DNA from: an uncultured Nitrospinaceae bacterium | GTDB lineage: Bacteria; UBA8248 | Length of the DNA stretch: 64,000 nucleotides | NCBI GenBank assembly: GCA_964005815.1 | Contig: CAXFSR010000036.1 | Coordinates: 28,433 to 92,432 of the forward strand | Reading direction: 5' to 3' | In this document: piece after piece, positions 1-11,924 of the stretch | Layout of the letters: every line of letters begins with the position of its first letter | How positions within the stretch are numbered: position 1 is the first letter of the stretch | Notes under the pieces: model-generated | Seen by the model: the letters and a program-made list of their open reading frames with translations, nothing else | The model's database searches: none | Told to the model about the DNA's origin: nothing | Program-made: the position numbers and the translations under genes

Positions 1-228
1 AATCCCTCCTAAAATCTTTGGATGTAATGTTTTAACTCTACCATCAAGAATTTCAGGCTGACCCGTATAATCGCTAGCTTGTACTACTTCAACGCCAGAG
101 GATTTTAGAATATTGGCAGTTCCACCTGTAGAGATAATTTCCCAGTCAGCTTTCTGTAAAACTTTCCCAATTTTCTCAATGCCCTTCTTGTCACTAACGC
201 TTAAGATTGCTCTCTTTTTATCGGACAT
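1..228 (-). CDS. purH: Bifunctional AICAR transformylase/IMP cyclohydrolase, N-terminal part (runs off the window; absent from the ORF track)
   Basis: My translation from ATG at 228: [76 protein letters not shown]. The LSVSDK, STGGT and GRVKTLHP motifs are typical of the PurH N-terminus. Confidence 0.93.
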   Translation of the reverse strand, partial: MSDKKRAILSVSDKKGIEKIGKVLQKADWEIISTGGTANILKSSGVEVVQASDYTGQPEILDGRVKTLHPKILGGI

Positions 229-229
229 C

Positions 230-1471
230 TTAATTGTTCTCCCTGATCACTTCATAATTTTCAGAAATCAGTCTCTTTACCAGAAACTCCAAATGATCAT
301 TTCCTCTAACCTCTAAATAAAGACGTGATAGAGTATGATTTATGGGCACTTGAGTTGAAAATCTATCATGCTCTATATGTATAATATTAACTCTCTCCTC
401 AGAAACAATTTGAGAAAGTCTTGTTAGTGCACCAGGAACATCATGAAGAGGAACTTGCAACTTAGCGTATCTATTATTCAGTGCAAGACCCTTACCTATA
501 ATCCTAGAAAGAAGATTAACATCTAAATTTCCACCACAAATTAACGCAACTGTTTTTCCAGTTGGTTTAACTTTCTCATCAAACAAAGAAGCCAAAGGAG
601 CGGCGCCAGCAGCTTCTGCTAACATTCTTTCTTCTTCAAGCAAACGTAAAATAGCAGATGCCATCGAGTCATCTGAAACAGAAATAATCTGATCTGAATT
701 CTCTTGAATAATTGGGAAACAATTCTCTCCTACTTTTTTTACTGCAATACCATCAGCTATAGTAGAAATAGATGAAACTTCAACCGAATGACCTTTTTTC
801 ATAGATTCTTTTAAAGAGGGGACGCCATCAGCCACGACACCTATGACTTGTGTATCTGGCTTCAATGTTTTTACTACCGAAATCACTCCAGAAATTAATC
901 CTCCACCCCCAACAGAAACAATTATAGTATCAACATCAGGGACTTGTTCTAAAATTTCTAAGGCAACAGTTCCCTGTCCAGCTACAACATCGGAATCATC
1001 AAAAGGATGAATCATAACTAGTCCTCTTGATGATTCATATTCGCTCGCTCTTGCATATGCGTCATCAAAAGTTGACCCATATAGTTCTACTTCAGCACCA
1101 AGTGCCTTCACTGCGTCTAATTTAGTATTTGGTGTGTATTCAGGCATTACGACAAGGGAATATATGCCAAGTTGCCTAGCTGCGAAGGCAACACCCTGAG
1201 CGTGGTTTCCTGCAGATGCAGTAACTACACCAGATTTCCTTTGATTCTGATCTAACTTACTAATGGCATACATAGATCCTCTAGTTTTGAAAGATCCAGT
1301 TCTTTGTAGATTCTCTAATTTAAGGTAAAGATCAAAACCAAGCTGTTCTGAAAAGTCTTCACTCAATCTGCACGGAGTCTTTCTTAAATGTGGTCTTATA
1401 ACATCAAGAGCAAGGGAAGACTCACTACAAATAGAAGACAAACTAAAAGTATCAGTTTTTTTAGAAACCAT
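230..1471 (-). CDS. ilvA: Threonine ammonia-lyase with a single C-terminal ACT domain
   Basis: [15 protein letters not shown] (PLP lysine), [25 protein letters not shown]; ACT-like C-terminus (LHDVPGAL). Confidence 0.9.
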   Translation of the reverse strand: MVSKKTDTFSLSSICSESSLALDVIRPHLRKTPCRLSEDFSEQLGFDLYLKLENLQRTGSFKTRGSMYAISKLDQNQRKSGVVTASAGNHAQGVAFAARQLGIYSLVVMPEYTPNTKLDAVKALGAEVELYGSTFDDAYARASEYESSRGLVMIHPFDDSDVVAGQGTVALEILEQVPDVDTIIVSVGGGGLISGVISVVKTLKPDTQVIGVVADGVPSLKESMKKGHSVEVSSISTIADGIAVKKVGENCFPIIQENSDQIISVSDDSMASAILRLLEEERMLAEAAGAAPLASLFDEKVKPTGKTVALICGGNLDVNLLSRIIGKGLALNNRYAKLQVPLHDVPGALTRLSQIVSEERVNIIHIEHDRFSTQVPINHTLSRLYLEVRGNDHLEFLVKRLISENYEVIRENN

Positions 1472-1497
1472 TTAGACCTCAATTTTACATAAAAAGC

Positions 1498-1848
<351 letters not shown>

Positions 1849-1860
1849 ACTAACAAAAAT

Positions 1861-2274
1861 CTAAAACATATTACGGTCAATCACTTCATTTACCAATTTA
1901 TCTGCTTTTTTATTCTCAATTCGATTTACATGAACCACTTGAACATGTTCTAACTTTTCTGCAATAGCCTTTGCTTCGTCATAAAGACACTTAATAGATA
2001 AATTTTTAACCTTATACAAGCCCGACCATTGACGAGCCATTAATTGTGAATCAGTTATAATTTTTACTCTTTTCGCACCTAAATCTACTGAACGATTTAG
2101 AGCTAGCAACAATGCACTATATTCAGCAACATTATTTGTGGCTTGTCCTAAAAAACTTGAGATTTTATCTATCAAAACATCATTATTATCATATATCAGT
2201 GCAGCAGCACCTGAAGGACCAGGATTACCTCTTGATGCACCATCAGTAAAAATACATAACTCTTCTTGAATCAA
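1861..2274 (-). CDS. rnhA: Ribonuclease HI family protein
   Basis: FTDGASRGNPG, TNNVAEY, TDSQL and ADKLVN carry the D/E/D/D catalytic residues. Confidence 0.92.
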   Translation of the reverse strand: MIQEELCIFTDGASRGNPGPSGAAALIYDNNDVLIDKISSFLGQATNNVAEYSALLLALNRSVDLGAKRVKIITDSQLMARQWSGLYKVKNLSIKCLYDEAKAIAEKLEHVQVVHVNRIENKKADKLVNEVIDRNMF

Positions 2275-2279
2275 ATCTA

Positions 2280-3038
2280 TTATCTTTGAACCTCATCTTG
2301 TGCACTTATGGAAGTTTCTTCTATTTCTGTTTCCTTGTAATATAGAATTCTTCCACAATGGCTACATGTAAAAATAGAATCTTCAGAATCCCTAATTTCA
2401 AAAAACCTTTGGAGTGTCTCAGACATTTTACACCCTTGACAATTCCTCTCAACAATAGGCGAAACAGCGAGACTCCTTTTTCCTTCTAAAAGTGTTTCGT
2501 ATAAATTCAACCAATTTTTAGAAATAGTTGAAGATAGATTATTTTTCTCCTCAATAAGATTGTTCAACTCCTCTTCATAGCTTTTTTTCTTGGAATTAAG
2601 TTCTTCTATTTTAACGCTCACCTTCTGACCTTCAACTTTCAATTCACTTTCTACGTCTCTTATCTTTTCCTGCAAATCTGGTAAAATCTCTAACTTTTCA
2701 AGTAAAGACTCTTCTATTAAATCAATTTTTTTCTTGTCATTCTCTATCTCATTACTCAAAGCATTATACTCATTATTAGTTTTAACCATCGCTTGTTTCG
2801 AACGGGCTTCTTTCAATTTTTCGTTCAACATTTGAATTTGTCCTTCGAAATCTTTCTGAGCTTTTTCTGCAATTGAAACCTCTTCTTGAACTTCTTTCAT
2901 CTTATTATCAAACACGACCAAAGTTTCATTCTGTTCATCAACTTGTTCAGGAATTTGATTGATCAATTCATTCAATTTATAAATTTTAGAATCTATAGAT
3001 TGTAAGTTAACAAGAGCTGACAACTCTAAATTTTTCAA
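2280..3038 (-). CDS. Coiled-coil protein with C4-type zinc ribbon (DUF164-like)
   Basis: Long coiled coil followed by CQGC...CSHC. Start moved from 3059 to the TTG at 3038 because GGAGG lies 7 nt upstream of it. Confidence 0.85.
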   Translation of the reverse strand: MKNLELSALVNLQSIDSKIYKLNELINQIPEQVDEQNETLVVFDNKMKEVQEEVSIAEKAQKDFEGQIQMLNEKLKEARSKQAMVKTNNEYNALSNEIENDKKKIDLIEESLLEKLEILPDLQEKIRDVESELKVEGQKVSVKIEELNSKKKSYEEELNNLIEEKNNLSSTISKNWLNLYETLLEGKRSLAVSPIVERNCQGCKMSETLQRFFEIRDSEDSIFTCSHCGRILYYKETEIEETSISAQDEVQR

Positions 3039-3069
3039 CGCAAAACCTCCAAATCTCAAAAATTTATTA

Positions 3070-3144
3070 TGGTGGGCCCACTTGGATTCGAACCAAGAAC
3101 CAACCGGTTATGAGCCGGACGCTCCACCATTGAGCTATGGGCCC
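3070..3144 (-). tRNA. tRNA with CAT anticodon, most likely tRNA-Ile2 (lysidine); CCA encoded
   Basis: GGGCCCA TA GCTC AATGGTG GAGC G TCCGG CT-CAT-AA CCGGT TGGTT CTTGG TTCGAAT CCAAG TGGGCCC ACCA. G1:C72 pair, so not the initiator. C4:G69 and C5:G68 are as in E. coli tRNA-Ile2. The tRNA itself is certain; the Ile2 versus Met call is inferred. Confidence 0.9.
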
Positions 3145-3205
3145 AATATTTGCATACTTCGATGCAAGGACAAGATTGATTTAAATTCTTTTAAAAAGAA
3201 ACTTT

Positions 3206-5044
3206 CTAATTTTCATCAATAAAACTTTTTAGTCTTTTACTCCTATTAGGGTGACGCAGTTTTCTAAGAGCTTTAGCCTCTATTTGTCTAATTCTCTCGC
3301 GAGTAACACTAAAATCATGACCAACCTCTTCTAAGGTATGCTCATTTTCTTTTCCAATACCAAATCTTTTACGAAGAACCTTCTCTTCTCTTGGAGTCAG
3401 CGTTTGCAACACCTCTTGAGTCTGCTCACTCAAACTTACCTTTACAACTGATTCTTGAGGTGAAACCGCTTTTCTATCTTCTATAAAATCGCCTAAACTG
3501 CTATCTTCTTCTTCACCAATTGGAGTCTCTAGACTGATAGGTTCCTTTGCAATTTTGAGAACCTTTCTTACCTTATCAAGAGGTAAATCCATTTCTTTTG
3601 AGATTTCTTCAGGAAATGGCTCACGACCTAATTTCTGCACAAGCAAACGGGATGTACGTATCAATTTATTTATTGTTTCAATCATATGAACAGGAATACG
3701 TATCGTTCTTGCCTGATCAGCAATAGCTCTTGTGATTGCCTGACGAATCCACCAAGTCGCATAAGTACTAAATTTATAACCTCTCTTATACTCAAACTTA
3801 TCGACAGCCTTCATTAATCCAATATTTCCCTCTTGAATCAGATCCAAAAATTGCAATCCACGATTTGTGTATTTCTTCGCAATACTTACTACCAGACGTA
3901 AATTTGCTTCTGCTAGTTCTTTCTTCGCACGTTGATCTTTTCTACGTCCCCTACGAATCATTTTAACTGAATTTTCTAATTCTTCACGGGACGCACCAGC
4001 TTCATTTTCCATTTCCTTTACTTCTTTTCTGATCTTTTTAATTCTACGGCCATATTCAGCAAGAATACTTATTGGAATTTTTTTATCTCCAACATAATTA
4101 ACTTTCTTTGCTCCATTTTTTACATTTTTTCGCAAATAGGAGCGTATCTCAGATTCTTCTAAACCAACTTGATCTAAATACCCATTAATTTCTTTCTCGT
4201 GTTTATGTACCTTAGCCACGAAAAAACTAACTCTATCTGCAATAGAGTCCACTTGTTCAGGTCTTAAATTCATTAAGCGAATTATCTCAGCAACTTTATC
4301 AAGGGATTTTTTGTGCAAAACAGGATCTGCTGTAGCGATATTCTTAGTTTCTATTTTCTTGAGCTGAGTTTTCAATCTTCTTGTTAAAGAAAGAAATTTC
4401 TTCTTCTCTTCTTCATGATCATTCTCTTCTTCTGATTCATCTTCATCTTCAGTAGACTGTCTACTAATTGAAACAAGTTTCGCAACAGAGATATCTCCAT
4501 TTTCAAGCTTCTTTCCAAGTTCTAAAACCATATCTATAGCAACTGGAGTAGAAACCGTCGCAAGACTTACTTCTAACTGTCCCTCTTCAATTCTTTTTGC
4601 AATCTCTATTTCACCCTCTCTACCTAATAGAGGAATTTGTCCCATTTCTCTTAGATACATACGCATAGGATCATCTGTTCTGCCATACGTAGAATCGTCA
4701 AAAGAAGAAATAGCTTCCGAAGTAGTACGTTCTCTTTGACTTGATTTTAAATTACTTGGGGTCTCGGTCTGGGTTTCAGATCCTTTCTTTTCGCTCAAAC
4801 GTTCTTCAGCCGAAGAAGGATCAAGGACTTCAATATCCATTTCATTAAACATAACCATGATGTCATCTATTGCTTCAGGAGAATTCACATCTGCGGGCAA
4901 CACATCGTTTACCTCATCATAAGTAAGAAAACCCTTCTCTTGGCCTTGTGCAATAAGATCTTTAACTTCTTTTTGAGTAACTTTTTGTTTCTTAATACTC
5001 TTCTTTACTTTAGGATCAGCAGATTTCTTAGTTCGCTGTGCCAA
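3206..5044 (-). CDS. rpoD: RNA polymerase primary sigma factor RpoD
   Basis: Region 1.1, [56 protein letters not shown]; TTG start with AGGAG. Confidence 0.98.
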   Translation of the reverse strand: MAQRTKKSADPKVKKSIKKQKVTQKEVKDLIAQGQEKGFLTYDEVNDVLPADVNSPEAIDDIMVMFNEMDIEVLDPSSAEERLSEKKGSETQTETPSNLKSSQRERTTSEAISSFDDSTYGRTDDPMRMYLREMGQIPLLGREGEIEIAKRIEEGQLEVSLATVSTPVAIDMVLELGKKLENGDISVAKLVSISRQSTEDEDESEEENDHEEEKKKFLSLTRRLKTQLKKIETKNIATADPVLHKKSLDKVAEIIRLMNLRPEQVDSIADRVSFFVAKVHKHEKEINGYLDQVGLEESEIRSYLRKNVKNGAKKVNYVGDKKIPISILAEYGRRIKKIRKEVKEMENEAGASREELENSVKMIRRGRRKDQRAKKELAEANLRLVVSIAKKYTNRGLQFLDLIQEGNIGLMKAVDKFEYKRGYKFSTYATWWIRQAITRAIADQARTIRIPVHMIETINKLIRTSRLLVQKLGREPFPEEISKEMDLPLDKVRKVLKIAKEPISLETPIGEEEDSSLGDFIEDRKAVSPQESVVKVSLSEQTQEVLQTLTPREEKVLRKRFGIGKENEHTLEEVGHDFSVTRERIRQIEAKALRKLRHPNRSKRLKSFIDEN

Positions 5045-5097
5045 TTTTAACTCCTTATGTTGGAATCTAAGAAAAACCTAAATTTAATTTCAAAACT

Positions 5098-6981
5098 CTA
5101 GGATAAAATATCTTTTTGTTTCTTCTTCAGCAACTTATTTTTCTGCTCTAACAAACTCCATAAAACTTCTGAATTATCGCCATTTTCTCTAGATACATTA
5201 TAAATTTCTTTGTTGAATTTTTCTTGCTCACGTCGTAATTTTATTTCTTTAAGACGAGACAAACAATCCAAAAAATCTTCCCGATTTATTTCATCGACCA
5301 ACTGAGATGAAGATAACTCAATAACCAGTGAGCGCGCAACTTCATCATCTAAATGATCTAACAAAGACGCAGCATTGATTTCAATACCCTTTTTTGAAGC
5401 AACTAGCAAATCAGTCAATATAGTTTTAACCGTTGGATCTGAAAAAAAAGATACGTCAATAGTATCCAAATCAACAAATTCAGGTTTATGCAACAATAAT
5501 TCCAAAAAGTCTACCTCTATTTTAGGTAGTTTTTTCTTAACATCAACGAGATCAATTGAATTACTGCTCTCAGAAGGAATTTTTCGTTTTTCAAGTCTTC
5601 TATTAAGCATTGCAGATAAAGTAGGATACGGAACACCAAGACGAACCTCTAAAAGAGAAAAAAACTGTTCTCTCACACTACGATGACTAGCAGCAAGAAG
5701 GGGAATAATTTTATCAACTGCATCCATTTTTTTTGACTGAGAGGAACTTATATGAACATCATCTAACGACATTCTAACAGTCCTTTCAAGCAATCCTTCG
5801 GAAGAAGAAAGTAATTTTTCGAATTTTTCTTTACCTTTAGTTCTCAAAAAGTCATCTACATCTAATTTGTCTGGCAGAGCAACTACTCTAATATCTACTG
5901 AACCCGCATCTTTATTGTTAATAAAATCTTCCCCTAAAATTTGATTCGACAAAAGTCCTTTTGGCACAAAAGAAAGATTCATAGCATTCCCCACGAGATA
6001 ACCAGCTTTTTCGGATGCAGCCTGTCCCGCCTCATCAGGATCAAAAACAAAAACAAATTCTTCAACTTGAGACCTCAAAATACGAAGATGTTCTTGAGTA
6101 AAAGCTGTACCTAATGTTGCGACTGCAAAATCAAATCCACTCTGAAACAAAGAAATCACATCAAAATAACCCTCAACTATGATTACTTTCTTGTTAGCTC
6201 TCATTTTTTTTCTAGCAAAATTAAGCCCATACATTGTACGAGATTTTTTGAAAACTATCGTTTCAGGTGAGTTAAGATATTTTGCCCCCTCTGTTTTACT
6301 TTCTGAATCAGGCAATAAACGTCCGCCAAAAGCAATAGGATTATTCGCATAATCAAAAATTGGGAAAATAATCCTGTTTCTAAAACGATCATAAAATCCT
6401 TTTTCCCCATCTCTTTTTGAGACCAATCCCGCTTTTTCAAGCTCTTCTTGAGAAACTCCCCTCTTTCCAAGAGCTTTCAAAAGAGAATCCCACTTATTCG
6501 GAGCATAGCCTATTTGAAAGTAATCTTTTGTTTCTTCTTTTATACAACGATTAACCAAATAATCTCTTGCTCTACTTCCAATTTGATGTTTCAAGACTCC
6601 TTGAAAAAAATCTAGAGCTAATTTATTGATTTCAATTATTCTGTCTCTTTCCTTAACAATATTTTCATTATTATTTTTATCTAAATAACGTGAAATATCT
6701 ATTCCTTGTCTACTTGCTAGCAATTGAACAGATTCAATAAAACTCATATTTTCATGTAGCATTAAAAATTTAAAAACATTTCCGCCTTTGTTACAGCCAA
6801 AACATTTAAAAATCCCTTGTGTTGGATTGACACTAAAGGACGGAGTTTTTTCATCATGGAATGGGCATAAACCTTTAAAACTTGTTCCCGCCTTCTTTAG
6901 TGAAACATATTCACCAATCACTTGTTCTATTGGAATAGATACTCGTATTTCATCAATTATATTTTCAGGAATGAGACTCAA
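5098..6981 (-). CDS. dnaG: DNA primase
   Basis: CPFHDEKTPSF...CFGC zinc domain, YDRFRNR, KYLNSPET, VEGYFDV TOPRIM motif. Confidence 0.97.
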   Translation of the reverse strand: MSLIPENIIDEIRVSIPIEQVIGEYVSLKKAGTSFKGLCPFHDEKTPSFSVNPTQGIFKCFGCNKGGNVFKFLMLHENMSFIESVQLLASRQGIDISRYLDKNNNENIVKERDRIIEINKLALDFFQGVLKHQIGSRARDYLVNRCIKEETKDYFQIGYAPNKWDSLLKALGKRGVSQEELEKAGLVSKRDGEKGFYDRFRNRIIFPIFDYANNPIAFGGRLLPDSESKTEGAKYLNSPETIVFKKSRTMYGLNFARKKMRANKKVIIVEGYFDVISLFQSGFDFAVATLGTAFTQEHLRILRSQVEEFVFVFDPDEAGQAASEKAGYLVGNAMNLSFVPKGLLSNQILGEDFINNKDAGSVDIRVVALPDKLDVDDFLRTKGKEKFEKLLSSSEGLLERTVRMSLDDVHISSSQSKKMDAVDKIIPLLAASHRSVREQFFSLLEVRLGVPYPTLSAMLNRRLEKRKIPSESSNSIDLVDVKKKLPKIEVDFLELLLHKPEFVDLDTIDVSFFSDPTVKTILTDLLVASKKGIEINAASLLDHLDDEVARSLVIELSSSQLVDEINREDFLDCLSRLKEIKLRREQEKFNKEIYNVSRENGDNSEVLWSLLEQKNKLLKKKQKDILS

Positions 6982-7040
6982 ATAAACCTCCGATTATCTT
7001 TCTTTTCCGCAACAAATTAAATCATTTAATACTTGAGGAA

Positions 7041-7049
7041 ATTATAACA
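7041..7049 (-). promoter_or_regulatory. Candidate extended -10 promoter for dnaG-rpoD
   Basis: Perfect TGnTATAAT (TGTTATAAT) 60 nt upstream of dnaG. No good -35, and AT-rich DNA makes chance matches possible. Confidence 0.45.
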
Positions 7050-7062
7050 AATCGGACTATGA

Positions 7063-7728
7063 CTATCTCTCAGATTCGCTTCTTCCACCTTTGCCAAATC
7101 TTTCAGCTAATTTTGACAAAATTTCTCCAGGGGGTATTTCACTAGCTACCATCGCAACTAATAGATGAAACCATAGGTCACCCATTTCTTCAATAATTTC
7201 ATCTCGTTCAGAATCCATCAAAGCGATAACAACTTCGGACGCTTCCTCTCCTACTTTCTTTGCGATCCTGCCTTTACCTTTAGAAAACAATCTAGCCACA
7301 TAACTTTCATCTAAATTTCCTGTTTTTTTTCTTTCTTCAATTAATTTATAAATAGATTCTAAAAAATTATGATTGTATAAAAACTCTCCAGTAACTTCCT
7401 TCGAAAGAATTTCATTAAAAAAACAGGACATTCTATTCGTATGACAAGCCGGTCCATTTGGAGAAACTAAAAAAAGGATAGAGTCGAGATCACAATCCAA
7501 ACTTACAGATTCAAGATTTAAAAAATTTCCTGAAGTTTCACCTTTTTCCCAGATTTTTTTTCGTGACCGGGACCAAAAATGGACTCTTTTCTTCTCCATA
7601 GTTAGAGACAATGATTCTAAATTAACCCATGCCATCATAAGTATCTGTCCAGTAGATACATCTTGACAAATAGCAGGCATCAATCCATCTTCATCCCATT
7701 TAATTTTTGAAAAAAGTTCATTTTTCAC
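7063..7728 (-). CDS. hisIE: Bifunctional phosphoribosyl-AMP cyclohydrolase/phosphoribosyl-ATP pyrophosphatase
   Basis: [29 protein letters not shown] (HisI); [17 protein letters not shown] (HisE). Confidence 0.95.
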   Translation of the reverse strand: MKNELFSKIKWDEDGLMPAICQDVSTGQILMMAWVNLESLSLTMEKKRVHFWSRSRKKIWEKGETSGNFLNLESVSLDCDLDSILFLVSPNGPACHTNRMSCFFNEILSKEVTGEFLYNHNFLESIYKLIEERKKTGNLDESYVARLFSKGKGRIAKKVGEEASEVVIALMDSERDEIIEEMGDLWFHLLVAMVASEIPPGEILSKLAERFGKGGRSESER

Positions 7729-8492
7729 ATTCTTACCTCTACATTTTTTGCTCTAAGAAAATTCTTAGCTTCTTGGATAGAGTAATCTTCAAAATGAAAG
7801 ATACTAGCAGCAAGTACTGCATTTGCTCCAGCTTTATTTAAACCCTCGTAAAAATGTTCTAAGTTTCCAACTCCACCTGAAGCTATAACTGGAACAGGAA
7901 CCTGCTCAACAACGGAACTCGTCAATTGAATATCATATCCATTTTTAGTCCCATCTCGATCCATACTAGTTAAAAGAATCTCTCCTGCACCAAGCTCTGA
8001 AGCTTTTGAAGCCCACTCTAAAACATCTAGACCGGTTGTCCTTGACCCCCCATGGGAAAAAACTTCCCATTTATTTTTTTTTTCAGAAGAAACACTTTTT
8101 GCATCTATTGCACAAACAATTGTCGAACTACCAAAACGACCAGCAGATTCTTCTAAGATTTTTGGATTACTCAGTGCCGCACTATTAATACTAACTTTAT
8201 CAGCTCCTGCACGGAGTAATAATCCAACATCCTCCACACTTCTAACTCCACCGCCTACTGTAAGAGGCACAAATACCTCTTTTGCTGTCCTCTCAACTAC
8301 TTTGAGCAATGTTCCTCTTTCTTCCTGAGATGCAGTAATATCAAGAAAACATATTTCGTCAGCTCCCATATCATAATAAGCTTTTGCGCAACTAACTGGA
8401 TCTCCTGCATCGCGAAGACTTTTAAAACGTACTCCTTTCACAACTCTTCCGTTTTTGACATCTAGACAAGGGATTATTCGTTTAGCTAACAA
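7725..8492 (-). CDS. hisF: Imidazole glycerol phosphate synthase, cyclase subunit
   Basis: [39 protein letters not shown]. Confidence 0.97.
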   Translation of the reverse strand: MLAKRIIPCLDVKNGRVVKGVRFKSLRDAGDPVSCAKAYYDMGADEICFLDITASQEERGTLLKVVERTAKEVFVPLTVGGGVRSVEDVGLLLRAGADKVSINSAALSNPKILEESAGRFGSSTIVCAIDAKSVSSEKKNKWEVFSHGGSRTTGLDVLEWASKASELGAGEILLTSMDRDGTKNGYDIQLTSSVVEQVPVPVIASGGVGNLEHFYEGLNKAGANAVLAASIFHFEDYSIQEAKNFLRAKNVEVRM

Positions 8493-9211
8493 TTTATTAT
8501 TTCCAATGCTTCTTTAAAATCTAATGTTTTCTCGTAAAGTGCTCGTCCAACTACAACACCAATCAACCCTCTCGAAAACAGAGGCAAGGCATTCTTAATA
8601 TCTTCAATGTTTGTAATTCCACCTGCAGCAATAACAGATTTTCCCGATTTTTCTGCTACACGAAGAGAAAGACTGGAATCAAAACCTTCAAGCATTCCAT
8701 CCCGGCTAATATCAGTAATAATAAAATTTGCCAGCGGGACTTCTAAAAAATTTTCAGCAAGTTTTTCTGGGGTTATCTTCCATTTGGATTTCCAACCAGA
8801 AACTCTAACCTGATCATTTAAGGAATCAATACTTAGGATAACTTGTTCAGCATATTGGTTCGCAACACTTTTCACAAATTCTGGATTTTCAACTGCAGTT
8901 GTCCCCAAAATCACGAAACTCGCACCCGAATCTATAACTAATTTCAAGGCTTCTTCATTTCGAATTCCACCACCAAACTGAATCGGAATATTTATTTCCT
9001 TTGCAATTGAAGAAAGAACATCAATATGGACAGGCCTTCCCTCCATAGCACCATCAAGATCAATTAGATGGAGGCGAGTAGCTCCCTGTTCTACCCAATG
9101 TAAAGCCATACTAACAGGGTCAGAATCATAAATTATTTCTCGATCTGCTTCTCCTTGAATCAGTCTTACACATTTTCCACCCTTAAGATCTACAGCAGGT
9201 ATAATCTGCAC
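8486..9211 (-). CDS. hisA: ProFAR isomerase
   Basis: [43 protein letters not shown]. Confidence 0.96.
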   Translation of the reverse strand: MQIIPAVDLKGGKCVRLIQGEADREIIYDSDPVSMALHWVEQGATRLHLIDLDGAMEGRPVHIDVLSSIAKEINIPIQFGGGIRNEEALKLVIDSGASFVILGTTAVENPEFVKSVANQYAEQVILSIDSLNDQVRVSGWKSKWKITPEKLAENFLEVPLANFIITDISRDGMLEGFDSSLSLRVAEKSGKSVIAAGGITNIEDIKNALPLFSRGLIGVVVGRALYEKTLDFKEALEIINC

Positions 9212-9228
9212 CTTATCCTCAATTAAAA

Positions 9229-9876
9229 TTAGTTTTTATCACAAAAAGAAATAAAATTTTCAAGTATCTTCAAACCCTTCATCCCACTCTTTTCAGGATG
9301 AAACTGTGTCGCAAAAACATTTTCTTTTTGAACACTCGCCACAAAAGTAATGCCATAATCAGAAAAAGAAGTAACATGTGAAGATAGGACTGGTGCATCC
9401 TCTATATAAAAAGAGTGTACAAAATAAAAATAATCTGACTCCCTAACTTCCTTAAGTATACAACAAGGGTTATTCAATCGTATTTGATTCCATCCCATAT
9501 GCGGCACCTTTAGGACAAAACAATCTTTTTTATCAAAAGATTGTGGGAACCTTCTAACTGTACCTTCAAAAATTCCTAATCCCTCTGTGTTACCGAATTC
9601 TTCACTTTCTTGAAAAAGTACTTGTAATCCCAAACAAATTCCTAAGAAAGGAACTCCTTTCTTTATAACCTTTACGATTGCTTCTGCTAAATTAAAATTA
9701 TGCAAAGCACGCATACATTCTGGGAATCCTCCAACTCCCGGCAAAATAACTCCTCGAGCATTATCTAGATCCGAAGCTTTAGAACTCATTAGATAATCCG
9801 TATCGATATGACCTAATGCATTCTTAACACTAAGCATATTTCCCATTTCATAATCGACAACTAGGATCTTTGACAT
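9229..9876 (-). CDS. hisH: Imidazole glycerol phosphate synthase, glutaminase subunit
   Basis: LGICLGLQ nucleophile, PHMGWN, FVHSF, QFHPEKS triad. Confidence 0.96.
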   Translation of the reverse strand: MSKILVVDYEMGNMLSVKNALGHIDTDYLMSSKASDLDNARGVILPGVGGFPECMRALHNFNLAEAIVKVIKKGVPFLGICLGLQVLFQESEEFGNTEGLGIFEGTVRRFPQSFDKKDCFVLKVPHMGWNQIRLNNPCCILKEVRESDYFYFVHSFYIEDAPVLSSHVTSFSDYGITFVASVQKENVFATQFHPEKSGMKGLKILENFISFCDKN

Positions 9877-9894
9877 TTCGACTCAATTTTTAAA

Positions 9895-10500
9895 TTAGAA
9901 CATAGAACCTTTTGTACTAGGAACTCCATCAGATTTCTCATCTATCGACAAAGCCATTCTCAATGCTCTAGCAAAGCCTTTAAAAATACATTCAATCATG
10001 TGGTGAGAATTAAATCCATAACTCACTTCAATATGTAGATCTATCTTTGCATGATTAGAAAGTGACCAGAAAAATTCTTGAACCAAAGAAGTATCGAATT
10101 CTCCAACCTGAGAATCTGGAAATTTTCCCTTAAAGACAAGATTCCCTCTTCCTACTGAGTCTATGCAAACAGAAGCACAAGAATCCATCATTGGAATCTT
10201 AACATCAGCATAACGAGTAATACCTGAGCGTTCTCCCAATGACTCAGACAAAGCTTGACCTAACAAAATGCCAACATCCTCAACCGTGTGATGCCCATCA
10301 ACCTCTAAATCTCCCTTTCCAACAATCTCCAGATCTATCATCCCATGTTTAGCAACTTGGGAAAGCATATGATCAAAAAAACCTATGCCAGTATTAATTT
10401 CTGAAGTCCCTTTCCCATCAATGCAAACATAAATATCAAATGTAGTCTCTTTAGTGGCTCTACTGACCGTTGCTTTTCTTCTCTGGCTACTATTAAGCAA
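9895..10500 (-). CDS. hisB: Imidazoleglycerol-phosphate dehydratase
   Basis: RATKET, FFDHML, DGHHTVED, HHMIE. Start placed at TTG 10500 because GGAGG lies 7 nt upstream (ORF track uses 10515). Confidence 0.95.
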   Translation of the reverse strand: MLNSSQRRKATVSRATKETTFDIYVCIDGKGTSEINTGIGFFDHMLSQVAKHGMIDLEIVGKGDLEVDGHHTVEDVGILLGQALSESLGERSGITRYADVKIPMMDSCASVCIDSVGRGNLVFKGKFPDSQVGEFDTSLVQEFFWSLSNHAKIDLHIEVSYGFNSHHMIECIFKGFARALRMALSIDEKSDGVPSTKGSMF

Positions 10501-10602
10501 TTTTTTTCCTCCCAAAGAAACAAAACTTAAACTTTATTAATCATACAGAAAATGACATACAAAATAAAAAACAATTAAATTTAGAACTAGTAATTGTCTT
10601 CT

Positions 10603-11889
10603 TCATTTAGCTAAACGTATACGCAACGCTCTTGCATGCGCACTTAAACCTTCGGATTCTGCCAAAACTGCCGCTGATTCTAACAAGGAATTAGCATATT
10701 CTTGGTCAAAAGACACAAAATTTGTCCACTTTATAAAATCTAAAACACTGAGTGGAGAATGAAATCTTGCTGAGCCTCCTGTTGGCAGAACATGGTTAGT
10801 TCCAATTATATAATCACCAAAAACAGCTGAACTCCATATACCTGAAAAAATTGCTCCCGCATTGAGAATGCTCTTGTCAATTTTCTCGATATCTTCAATC
10901 ATTATTTGCAAATGTTCAGGAGCGATTTCATCTATGACTTGAATAGCATCTTCAAATGTATCCACCTGAATTATAGCACCCCTAGAAGAGAGCGATTTTG
11001 AAATTACTTCTTTCCTTTTCTCAAGATTCATTTGTTTTTCTAACTCATTTTCAAGATCCTCGCAAAGACCTTTTCCCAAACAGATAGCTACCGCCATAGC
11101 ATCAGGATCATGCTCGGCTTGCGCAAGCATATCAGCCACAGCCCAGTCTAAACGTGTTGTTTTATCTATTAGAACAACTATTTCACTAGGACCAGCGTCT
11201 TTATCAATTGAAACTATTTTACTAACTAAACGTTTAGCTTCCATTACATAAGCATTTCCTGGTCCTACGATTTTATCAACTTTAGGAATAGATTGTGTGC
11301 CGTATGCCATAGCAGCTATAGAATGTGCACCTCCAACAGAAAAAACCTTATCTACTCCCGAAATAGAAGCTGCTACTAAGACTGAATCAGGAATTCTTCC
11401 ATTATTTGCAGGAGGTGTGCATAAAATAATTTCTTTAACTCCTGCTACTTTTGCGGGTATTGCGTTCATTAGAACAGTAGAAGGATATGCTGCTCTTCCG
11501 CCTGGAACATACAAACCAACTTTCTGAATTGGACTAGGAACAAAAGAAATCTCCTGTGATTCCTCTTCTGCCAAGGAAATAGTCTCAGGTAACTGCAACT
11601 CATGAAATTGTTTTATCCTTTTTGATGAAAGAACAAGTGCTTCGTAAACTTTTCGATCTAAGGAATTACTTGCTTCTTTCAAATCTTTGTCAGTTATTGA
11701 AGAGATTCCATTGGCCAAATCAACTTGATCGAAAATACGGGTGAATTCCAATAACGCAGCATCTCCTTTATTTTTAACCGTAGAGATAATTTTAAAAATC
11801 TCATCCGAGTCTACCGAATTATTATTGATTTGAGACAAACTCTTAATCTCATCTCTTGAATTATCAGATTTATAAAAAATCTTTCTCAA
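10603..11889 (-). CDS. hisD: Histidinol dehydrogenase
   Basis: YVPGGRAAYPS, VGPGNAYV, AGPSE, QAEHD, APEHL, NHVLPTGG. Confidence 0.97.
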   Translation of the reverse strand: MRKIFYKSDNSRDEIKSLSQINNNSVDSDEIFKIISTVKNKGDAALLEFTRIFDQVDLANGISSITDKDLKEASNSLDRKVYEALVLSSKRIKQFHELQLPETISLAEEESQEISFVPSPIQKVGLYVPGGRAAYPSTVLMNAIPAKVAGVKEIILCTPPANNGRIPDSVLVAASISGVDKVFSVGGAHSIAAMAYGTQSIPKVDKIVGPGNAYVMEAKRLVSKIVSIDKDAGPSEIVVLIDKTTRLDWAVADMLAQAEHDPDAMAVAICLGKGLCEDLENELEKQMNLEKRKEVISKSLSSRGAIIQVDTFEDAIQVIDEIAPEHLQIMIEDIEKIDKSILNAGAIFSGIWSSAVFGDYIIGTNHVLPTGGSARFHSPLSVLDFIKWTNFVSFDQEYANSLLESAAVLAESEGLSAHARALRIRLAK

Positions 11890-11924
11890 AACTTTCCCAA
11901 TCTTTTTTTAGAACTAAGAATATT

